From: Haliotis rufescens
Lineage: Eukaryota
Assembly (NCBI RefSeq): GCF_023055435.1
Contig: NW_025963780.1
Location: 20,398,001-20,462,000 of the forward strand
DNA length: 64,000 nucleotides
Direction of reading: 5' to 3'
This document shows, one piece after another, positions 13,051 to 25,100 of this stretch (position 1 is the first letter of the stretch; each line of letters opens with the position of its first letter). The translations under genes and the position numbers were made by a program. The notes under the pieces were generated by a model that made no database searches, was not told where the DNA came from, and saw only the letters and a program-made list of their open reading frames with translations.

Positions 13051-15398
13051 ACACCAACTCACTTCTTCATCGCCTTCACACACAAAACTATACCACACCA
13101 ACCGGATGTCAATAAATTATTCTAAGGAATGTAAACATGTAGCCTTTTGTATGTGTGTTTCGTTTTGGTATTAAATGTGACAAATCACATTTTCAAGCTT
13201 TATTGTTTTTGATGTACACGTGGTATAAAAAAAGAGAAAAAATGAGGCAGATATCTTCACTACACAGATGTGATACAGCGCAAATCAAACAAGTAACCAG
13301 TCTACATATGTGCTACACATTCATTACCTAGGGAAGAATGTATTGCTGTGGGGACATTGGACACATTTGATCATCCGTGTACACAAAGGGATGAGTGCAC
13401 GACCAATGGCGCGTAGCAATGACTGCACAAATGCTTCTTTGCCGAGCCAGGATCCGGTGACCGTTGGTTCGAATCCCAGATTCGAGCTGCCTATGATCCT
13501 TGGGTTGTCAGCACCATACCCATGCCCCCTGTTTTTACGAAAGTGGGACACAAGCCTACGATCTGCATCACAATATGGAATCTCCTCTCCAATAAAAAGA
13601 AATATTCTTTGGGACAAACCACAACTCATTCACTTCACATCTCCAGAACAAAAATAATTATACTGACACTTGATACTCGATAATTTTATTTCCATAGAAG
13701 ATTTGTGTTTACACAGTACGTATAGTAAACAAATATGTAGAATGTTGAAGCTCTACAAGAGCATTTTGTCGCTCTTAATACAAGAACGACTCCACAACAC
13801 CACGCTATCATGCAGTGTTATATAAAGAGGATCTGTTTACATGGACTTGAATCACTGATCGGTAGTTTATCTGTTTATAGCAATTCGTTATTAGTAGCGA
13901 CCCTTTAAAATCTTGGACTAACGATATATTTTACGAGAGCTTCAACTATCCACTCTCCCGTACGCGAGGATACAACTTCGCAATATAACAGCAATACGCA
14001 ATAGAAACAACTTCTTAGATGATAACTTCGCAAGTGAAGCCACATACATATCTTCGGATTTTCACCCCAATGTTAATAAAAACGTTTTTTATAATCCTAA
14101 AAACTATCTTCTAAAATCTGAATCCATTGTACGATTCCGATTATATCACGAGCATGTGTTTACGAATCACTCTCAAGTAGTAAAGACACCAGGTGTTCGC
14201 GAATAGGTTTGTATCCTGCCCCATCGGTGGCACCCGTCAGAAACACATGCAAAGGCATGTCAACTGTTCACCTGTGCAAACACGGAAACGTGGTACGTCA
14301 CAACAGCAAATAGCATCTGACATTATTTTTGTTACCAATACGTCAAATTTGGACATGTACTCAACACGTGCACCATACAAAATGAAAAGCCTTACAAGGA
14401 ATGGATACCATGAATTGGAATAAGTTGGATTGGTACGTTTCGCTGAAAGCAAAATAGGTTTACCTTAAGATAAGGTTTCGACATGCTATTTACAGTCCGA
14501 ATGAAACCTCGTTAACATGGACAGTATTATGAAACCGTCTGCAATTAGGATATGTTTTCATGCATCAACCAAATCCCGTTAGTCGCCTCTTACGATAATC
14601 ATGTTATGTAAAGCATGATTTAATGAAGACCAATTCTAAACCGGATCTTCACGGGTAATCTCGAAAACGAAGTAAACTACCTTTCCCGAATGAACATATC
14701 ACAGTCCGCGCCATGTTATTGTTGTGAATATTGTATTCACCCTGTCGTTTCTGAGCACCATCGTACCAACACTCAAAACCCGTATCTCTGTCCAGAGTTA
14801 GTTTTCGTTTGTTAAAATCGAAATTCCGAATTGATATGTTTTTGAGATTCCGCATAGAAATGAAACATTTTTAGAAAGCTGACATCTGATTGGCTCAAAA
14901 CCCAAAGCATCCTTCATTCGCTCAAAGGTCGCTCAGAGTGGCTTCATATCGGGGTAAAAGATGTGATTTTAATAAGATTGCAAGATTGATGATGCGGGCA
15001 TTGATGAAGCAGTACACTCTCTCACCTAGTGGAATATGATTCAGAACATGTTATAAATAGGAACATATCAGTTTTAACTGACTCCATAGAGCGGTTATCC
15101 GTTATACGAAAAATACCAGTAAATTAATGTTGTTTTTCTCCGCTATCAGCCATGTGTTTCCAGCTTCGACAAGGTAGCGAGTCTGGGTCAGGCGCGTCAG
15201 TGGTTGATAGTATGAGCAAATATCGATAACAATAACAACAAACAAATAAAGCATTGGGCATTCCGCACATGTTCCATATCGGAATCCTCACCGGGAAACT
15301 AAATCATGAAGTGGGTTATTTAAAAGTAGGTTATTGAAAACCAAATCGTTTCAATTGAAATATAAACAGTAACGAAATGCTAAATAATAGGCAATGAA

Positions 15399-15708
15399 GG
15401 ACCGACTGTGGTCTGGCGGTAGAGCATCCCCCGGAGAGCGGAAGGTCAAGGGATTCCCCGGCCGCGTCATACCAAAAGACGTTAAAAGATGGTTCTTTTT
15501 GTTACCCTGTCTGGCGCTCGGCATAAAGGGGATAAAACAATGACTGGTCGGCTACGGAGTCAGTATACTGTGTCTGAGTGGGGTGTTCATGTTAAACTGC
15601 GGCATGGTATCTCAGTGGGCTGGCACTATAGAGTCGACACGCGTGCATGTACGTCGCTATGTAAATGCACTAATTATGGATGTAACGTTAAAACCCCATT
15701 TCACCTCC
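15399..15708 (+). mobile_element. SINE family D copy
   Basis: Similar to the 3990 element along its whole length. Confidence 0.8.
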
Positions 15709-16078
15709 AATGATACAATGATGATGTTAACATAATGTAAAAACATACTCGTGTGGATTAAATTAAATTTGCAACTATGAGGTAAAGTTGATAACACTGG
15801 AAGCAAACGCAATGGCGAAATTTCTGTTTCGGATATATTGAACGTTTTAGCACAAAAACACTTGACCGATAGATGTCTATGGTGTGATATGTCAGCAGAA
15901 CACGTGTGGGGAATGGAAGGACGAGTACATTATCATGAATGATGGTCTTGCTGATATAAGGAGGATAACAGTCATTGGGTAGAATAGTCTCCCTTGTGGT
16001 TTGGGTTCGAATCCCAAACATGAAACAATATCACAAAAGTTCGGCACATTGGGGAAAATTGTAACCCTGATTTAGTGC

Positions 16079-16186
16079 TCATGTTTTTGCTATCAGTTCG
16101 ATCGTCGTAGGAGTCGTTCCATCTTCATCAGTATCAGGGTCGTGTGTCGCCCATCTGTGCTTAGGCTGGAAGGCGATGCGTATTTT
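16079..16186 (-). CDS. SLC6 coding exon 13 (terminal)
   Basis: gcccccag acceptor; KIRIAFQPKHRWATHDPDTDEDGTTPTTIELIAKT*. Confidence 0.82.
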   Translation of the reverse strand, partial: KIRIAFQPKHRWATHDPDTDEDGTTPTTIELIAKT

Positions 16187-19100
16187 CTGGGGGCAAATAA
16201 AATAATTTATATTAGAAATAATTCGTAGATTCCCATTTACACGCTACACCGACAGCCAAGAAATAAGACGGTAATATGCAGTGGGTGGTGGAATGAACTG
16301 TTTGTGAACAAGGGCATGAGTGAGTGAGTGAACAAGGGCATGAGTGAGTGAGTGAGTGAGTGAGTGAGTGGGTGAGTATGGTTTAACGCCGCTTTTAGCA
16401 ATATTCCAACAATATCACGGCGGGGGACACCAAAAATGGGCTTCACACATTGTACCCATGTCGGGAATCGAACCCGGGTCTTCGGCGTAACGAGCGAACG
16501 CTTTAACAAACTAAGCTACCAAGGCGAACAAGGGCATCATGTTTTAATGTGTGAGAATTTGGTTTGCTACTAGACTTTTAGGCAATATGAAATAATCTTA
16601 ATGAAATATCTCGACCTCCATAACTTTCCCGCCATATATCATCAAACCAACCAGATGCTCAAGGAACTACATCGGTACAGCTGTGAACTAGCAACGAACT
16701 GTTGGAGGAAGAAATCGAACAGTACACAATGGCTTGAAAAAAACATATACACGTCGCAACGAAATTCGTTTTTTGCACTCAACATTACTTGCTGTTCGTA
16801 GATAATAATGTACGATTCCGATTATATCATAAACATATTTTTATTAAACACCTTCAATACACACTTTGTTCAAAAACTTATGGGTAGAAGACCCCGTGAC
16901 ATTAAACACGGCGCGTTAGTGTAAGCCTCGTTGAGGGAGTAGAGCTTGAAATGAGCTCTGGATCTACCTATTATACATGACATTGAAAGAACTCACCTCG
17001 CGTAAGGAATCTCCCGGGGCCGTGTACACGGAATGGATGAGGAGGATTGGGGTGGGGATGACGGTGGCAACTGAAATAAGCCATCCGAACCATTTGGCCC
17101 ACGGAGGAAAGTTGTACTCTTCAAACTGGGGTGGGTGGTAGGAGTACAGCGAGAAGGCGAACATGACCTGCAATGCGAACACAGGGAGAATCACAATAAG
17201 GACCGTTTAACTACTGTCACTCAAACTGGGTCGGGCGGTAGATGTAGTTTTTCCAACACCTGGTGACATCACTAATTTATAGTGACCTATGATTCATTTA
17301 AATAGAGCAGCCTCAATCAGCATGCACACGTTGAAGGATGATTGCGTCGGGTATACTCACAGCTAATAGAATCGGACAGGCAAATCTCCACAGAAATGAT
17401 ATGATCGGGGACAGATGTTTGCCCCAGAGTAACACCATAGCCTTGTCTATCCTCTTCACTCCTGAAATATCGGAAGAATCAGTAGAAGACGAGAGAGTGA
17501 GGACTAAGGGGTTCAAGGCTGACGAGTGTTTCAAATTTGTTTGTTTATTTGTTTGTTTTGTTTAACGCCGCAGTCGGCAATATTCCAGCTAAATGACGGC
17601 GGTCTGTAAATGATCGAGTTTGGATCAGACAATCCAGTGATTGACATTATCAACATCGATCTACGAAATTGGGATACGTTGATATGCATCAACCAAGTCA
17701 GTGAGTCTGACCACCCGATCCCGTTAGAGGTCTCTTGTACAAGCATGGGGTGTTGAAGACCAATTCTAACTCGGGTATGTTCACATTTGCTAAGGCTGTA
17801 TTTGATACCGCGAAAACACCCTTAACAGACCAGAAGCCCCACTGAATCGTAATATCATCATTGCTGTTGCACTTAATGATTTGCGAAATGTTTCTAAAGT
17901 TACCCGGCCGAAAGACGAACTAACTTCTCAGGTTAGGTGAGGATTTCGACCAGATCTTATGAGGTGTGACCCAATGATATAGAGAAGTCAATTATCTAAA
18001 GTTTATAAAATTTATTATGTTAAAAGGGCCTGTGAAAATGAAACTAAAAAAGTTGTGTGAATATAGATTCATGTTTGGTAATACTATGAAATCCTTGAGT
18101 TGTGTGATCACTGATGGGTATACCCTAAAGTACTATTAATTTAATTGTATACGCACCATATATCCAGCCGACAACGACGCATTCCAACATAGCGAAAAGG
18201 ATGATAGCAGGGAAAAAAGCATACCACTCCACAAGAGTGAGGAAATATACCCCGCCCTGTAGAACAGAAAAAAATGTTTTATTTGTTAATTTACTGGTTT
18301 TTGTTAACGCCACACTCGAGCTATATGATGGCGGTCTGTAAATAATCTACAAACCGAACATCTGTTTGAACAGTATTTCAGTTATATCACGGCGTATTAG
18401 CTTAACGAGGGAGGAGAGCCAAACGTAATGCTGGTCATTGACGTCTTGAAGACGTGAGACAGGACAAGGACGAACCTGTGTCATGTAGGGCAGGGCTAGC
18501 AGGAAGGACGGGAACAACACGCAGGCGTTGAGGAGCCATCGTCGTCTGGCGAAGTTCGGGAACCATTCACTGAACATGTTTGTCACAACTTCATAAGATG
18601 GAACCTTTAACATAAATAATATATGTCAGTTGGGTTGAAACGTCCACACTGCGTCTATTCCTCATATGTAACCATGACGGGTTGATTTTTTTATTCCTTG
18701 AAAACATTGTGTTTACTCATCGAAATCTCTTTTGCAAATAAAGCCAGTATAAAGTTGTCTCATTGAATTGTCTATTCCATACGTGGAAATAATTCCTGAG
18801 AATTATAACACTAACTCCCCAAACTGTCTTTTCCTTTTATGTATACCAAACCACTAAATCACCTACCTGTCTATTCCTTTTATGTGTACCAAACCACTAA
18901 CTCACCTACCTTTCTATTCCTTTTATGTGTACCAAACCACTAACTCACCTACCTGGCTATTCCTTTTATGTGTACCAAACCACTAACTCACCTACCTTTC
19001 TATTCCTTTTATATGTACCAAACCACTAACTCACCTACCTGGCTATTCCTTTTATGTGTACCAAACCACTAACTCACCTACCTGGCTATTCCTTTTATGT

Positions 19101-22100
19101 GTACCAAACCACTAACTCACCTACCTGGCTATTCCTTTTATGTGTACCAAACGACTAAATCACCTACCTGGCTATTCCTTGTATGTGTACCACACCACTA
19201 ACTCACCTACCTGGCTATTCCTTTTATGTGTACCAAACCACTAACTCACCTACCTGGCTATTCCTTTTATGTGTACCAAACGACTAAATCACCTACCTGG
19301 CTATTCCTTTTATGTGTACCAAACCACTAACTCACCTGACTGTCTATTCCTTTTATGTGTACCAAACCACTAACTCACCTGGCTGTCTATTCCTTTTATG
19401 TGTACCAAACCACTAACTCACCTGACTGTCTATTCCTTTTATGTGTACCAAACCACTAACTCACCTGACTGTCTATTCCTTTTATGTATACCAAACCACT
19501 AACTCACCTGACTGTCTTATCATTTTATGTGTACCAAACCACTAACTCACCTGACTGTCTATTCCTTTTATGTGTACCAAACCACTAACTCACCTACCTG
19601 GCTATTCCTTTTATGTGTACCAAACCACTAACTCACCTGACTGTCTATTCCTTTTATGTGTACCAAACCACTAACTCACCTGACTGTCTATTCATTTTAT
19701 GTGTACCAAACCACTAACTCACCTGACTGTCTATTCCTTTTATGTGTACCAAACCACTAAATCACCTACCTTTCTATTCCTTTTATGTGTACCAAACCAC
19801 TAACTCACCTGACTGTCTATTCCTTTTATGTGTACCAAACCACTAACTCACCTGACTGTCTATTCATTTTATGTATACCAAACCACTAACTCACCTACCT
19901 GTCTATTCATTTTATGTGTACCAAACCACTTACTCACCTGACTGTCTATACCTTTTATGTGTACCAAACCACTAACTCACCTACCTGGCTATTCATTTTA
20001 TGTGTACCAAACCACTAAATCACCTAACTTTCTATTCCTTTTATGTGTACCAAACCACTAACTCACCTAACTTTCTATTCCTTTTATGTGTACCAAACCA
20101 CTAACTCACCTAAATGTATATTCCTTTTATGTGTACCAAACCACTAACTCACCTGACTGTCTATTCATTTTATGTATACCAAACCACTAACTCACCTACC
20201 TGTCTATTCCTTTTATGTGTACCAAACCACTAACTCACCTGACTGTCTATTCCTTTTATGTGTACCAAACCACTAACTCACCTGACTGTCTATTCATTTT
20301 ATGTGTACCAAACCACTAAATCACCTAACTTTCTATTCCTTTTATGTGTACCAAACCACTAACTCACCTAACTTTCTATTCCTTTTATGTGTACCAAACC
20401 ACTAACTCACCTAAATGTATATTCCTTTTATGTGTACCAAAGCACTGACTCACAAAACTGTATATTTGTTTTATGCGTACCAAAACCTTGACTCACCAAA
20501 CTGTCTATTCCTAATGTATAAAGCATCACAAACAAGAAGACGGACCAAAGCTGAGGCAAGGGGAGATATGAGGCTGCCTCCGGATATGTAATAAAACCCA
20601 GCTTGAAGCCTGCAAAGAGAAACAAATGATTCGTAAGAATATTTTGATGAGAGACATTAACACGAAGTAAAATCAATGTTTTATGTTCTTTGTGTTACAG
20701 TGCCGAAATACTGTTTAGTAAATTTGGCGGATTTTCATCACCCATCTAAATGAAGGCTTCGTGGGTTCTTGAGTCAATCAGATATCAGCCTTTCTGAAAT
20801 GGCTTCATTTTATTTCTTCTTCGATTCGGAAATTTCGATTATAACAAAAGAAAACCCACACAGAACACAACTGGTACTCCATGTGAATCTAAAGTTCAGA
20901 TATGAGAGGATTTGTATAATATCTACAACAATAAAAGGGCGCGGCCCTTTTAATTACATTCGGAACTAGTCGTTTAATTTCGCTCTTTAAATTTGCAAGA
21001 AGAAGTCAATATGTTTGATTGGATAAACCAAGCAATTGCTTTTGTGTTTATTGATAAGAATTGACTTTAATATGTACTGTAAATCTGGAAAGCTTTGCGA
21101 GCAGGAGAGTACTTCGAAACCTGCGAGTGACACACACTCGCCATAGTTTCATGACGCAGTTATTTATTGCAAGTTGACAAGAAACAAAAAATATAACGAG
21201 GCATATTTTTTTAATTCACTTCCATACGTTGGTAAACCAGCTAGTTCATGAATAAACAAACAATCCCTCACTTCCTGTATTTGCCTTATTACACATGGTC
21301 ACTTAGTGGCAACAGCCTAGTTAGTCTAAGTTCACTAACGTGCCACATTACGTCAAGTTGTTGACAAAACAGTATTGGCGCTTAAGACGTTACGCGGATT
21401 TACACATTATACACACCAGGGTGCCGTTGTACAAAACAACCTTTACTAAGGTTGAACTTAGTTACTAAGGTTAATCTTAAGGTAACCTTATCAAAAAGTT
21501 ACGCCCGTTGCACAAAACTACCTTTGGACAACCTTAACGTGGACAGGATACTTAGCGGCAACCTTAACTAAGGTTGAACTCTTTAGTGTGGGAGACTCAA
21601 TTATGTCCGTAGTTACGGTTGAGAGTTATCTCCCCTGCTCGCATCTGCAGACGACTAATATTGCTACTTCAACATGACACAGCCGTCTACCAGCGCACAG
21701 AAACGGTGTCGGCAATCAAACTTTACATCAAGTGAGCTGACACTCTTGGCCGATGAAGTCAAGTGTCGCAGCCATGTTTTATTCGGCGCATTTTCTTCAA
21801 CAATCACCAATCAATCCAAAATGAGGGAGTGGGATGCAATAGCCGCAAAGTAAGTTTTGCCATACATTCAACCTAGCTGATGCAGTTACTTTGTAAATGA
21901 GATCAAATCTATGTATCTATCATTGATATTATATTTGAAAGCATGACATGACATCCAGTGGTGTTAGAATAAATGTATTAATTTTCATTTTATATCTAAC
22001 GTAATTACAGGCCAAAATAAATAAATAAATATCCCCCCCCCCCCCCCCCCCCCACCCCCCCCCCCCCCCCCCCCCCCCCCCACCCCCACACCCACCCACC

Positions 22101-25100
22101 CACCCACCATTAGATCTATATATTTCTATTTGAGTTCAAAATGTTTAATTTTGAACAGGATTTTTTTTCAGCCCAAAGTGGCAAGGAAAAATAGAAACCC
22201 TTCTTACCGGCCTGTTTGCGAAATATTGGCTAATAATCTTGAAAATACTACATTGTTGTCTAAATTAAATATGTTTGTGCATGTGTGCATAATTTTTTGT
22301 CAATCTGTTACAGAGTAAATGCCTGCTCGTCTGTTGAGAGAACAGGGGCTCAATTGAGAAAAAAGTGGAATGATTACAAGTAAGTATTAGATATATTCCA
22401 TTGCTAGAATTTATTGGTGTGTACACATGTATTTGTAAGTATTTAACTACATTGTTGTGGTGTTCAAGTGTTTTGGTTTATAATAACAATTGGTAAATAA
22501 AAAATGGCAAACAATTGGTGAAATGTTAACAATCAACAGTTTATTTACAATATGAATTGCTTATGTTATAAAATGGCCCCTTTACAATGATCAATGTGAA
22601 CATCAGCATGATTAATTAATTTACAGATCTCAGGTAAAAAGAAAGGCCATGGATGTCCGCAAAGAATCGTCCAAAACAGGAGGCGGTCCGGCACCATCAC
22701 CTTTGACTGATCTGGAATTCAAAGTATGTTATAAAATTTTAATTTCCTTTAGAGGATTGTATTTCAAGGCTATCTGAATAGGAAAGTTAATTATGAAAGT
22801 GTCCCCTCACAACAACATTTATTAATATAATTCTTCTCCCCAAGTGTATATAGCTTGAATATTTCTATTTGTAGGTTGTATCACTGATTCCACAGTGTCA
22901 AATTGAAGGAATAGCTGGTGGACTGGAGTCTGAGGTTGGTGAAAGTAAGTGTTTGTTTTCAATTAATTTCACTATATATTCAAAATACAAAATAACTTTC
23001 ATGTTGATTGAATATTTTCATTGAACTGGATGTATTTTCCAACACTGAGTATTGAAATAAACACTGGTAACAGTTTTGATTTACATGGACATAGATGATT
23101 ATTTCATAAGAACTCATAACATTTTCAGCTTTCCCTACACTCAACGCATTGAATGAAGGTGACCTTGCCACAGTGGACTTCTTTGATACAATTATCACAA
23201 GTGAAGAGACACAGACCCTTGAAACACCTGGTACACTTATTCAATACTTTTTAAAAAATCATTCAATGTGCAGTTATTCATGATGTCAGTTAATTACAGT
23301 TTACCAATCTCAGATATATGAAATTACCATGTGTTCTGATGTAACCTAATTTCATCAAACTTGCAGGTCCTATCTTTATGTGTGGGAACACTGGCAGTGA
23401 TGAGGCTTCATCAATGAGTCAACCTGTGGAATCAGCAGAAATGAGAGTAGATGAGACAAGTCATTCTTCAGTCACAAATGGTAAAAGTTTAAAAACTAGC
23501 CTATTTGAAAAAATAATCAACAATAATATAGAATTATACTTAATATCCAATCACCTGATGACTCCATATATCAAATCAAGCTGATAATAAGTGGATAATT
23601 AACTTATCTCTTGAATTTTTACAGCTAAGGATATCAAGATGAACAGATCCAGACAAAGAAGATATGGTATGACATTATTCTATATTTTGTGTACAGTCTT
23701 TTATAATCATGCCAATATTATTTTTGGATAATTCTTAACAATTTCAGTAAAAGCAATGTTTTGTGGAGACATATATTGGGTTTTAACTACTAATTTCCTG
23801 TATGATATTCTTTTATCTTAATGAAGTGTATTATTTTCATCAATGATTACTTCTGATCATGATAATATAATAAACATGATACATTGAATTTTCTAACAAT
23901 TTTTAAAGAAAACTCACAGCAGCCACCGAAGCACATTGCCTCAATAATTGACGTTGAGACAGCCAAAGCAGATGCCCTCAAGGAGCTAATAGATGTGCAA
24001 AAGAGGATGCTCAGCATATCAGAGGAGCACTTGGTGGTACAGAGAGAAAGGCTTGACCTGGAGAAATCCAAATTTGAACTTTTGCAACGTCTTTTAATGA
24101 ATCCAGGAAATAGATCTCCAAATACTTTGTCCCCAGTCATCAACTTTATGTTATCCTCCTAACCGTGCCAGCACCCCAGCTGATGTATCTGACTAGTGTT
24201 TTAAGGTTTTATATTAAGTGAGATTAATACATATTGTGTATAGAGAGAGTTAACAACCCTTTTATTTTCTGCCAATACATTTATGTTCATGCACTGCCCA
24301 GCTGTTTAGCTGTAATTGAAATAAATACATATGTGTATTCAATTGTTGTTTATTGTGTTGTTTACTTACAGCCTATGTAAATCTTTCAGTAATCAGCTTA
24401 CTCCTAGTCGCACACCCATCCTGACACTGTCTGACTTCAGGATTGTTTTCTTCATCAACATGATCAACCACTGCTTCCTCTAGTGGTGGTGCAACCTTGT
24501 TGTCGATGCAGAAGTTGTGCAGCTTGAAAGTAGCCATAATTACAGCTACACATCTTTGTGGATTAAACCATAAACATCCGGTGGACTTATGGAGACATCT
24601 GAAAATGTCATATTATCAAGTTCTTGTATTTGTTACAAATTATGAACTAATTTCAACAATTACAGCATTAACATTATGTTCATACAATATCATTAATGAT
24701 AATTTTCAAACACATATCTTATAAACAATTCAAAACTTCATAAATGTTCTTATTCCTGAATGGAACCATGGATAATTCACAATGAAGCTTGCATAACATG
24801 TTGGACCTACCATCCCACCAAAATTTAAAGAAAGGCATTTTATGTTATTGTTATTCTATTCTCTCTCTCTTCTCTGTAATAACTGACCAGTCCCTTATCT
24901 GGTTTTCGATTACATTTCTGAAACTAGACACATGTAATTTTGATATTATACCTGAATCTGGACTTTAGCACACCAAAGGCCCTTTCAACAGTGTTTCTTG
25001 TCCTGATATGGGCTGCATTGAACTTTTGTTCAGGCTTCGTCTGAGGATCTGCTAAGGGGGTTAGCATCCAAGGTCTGCATGCATATCTGTACAAATAGTA

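Noticed and set aside
22034-22108. Poly-C tract in Myb intron 1 as a functional G-quadruplex
   Set aside because: Homopolymer length is unreliable in assemblies and there is no other support.
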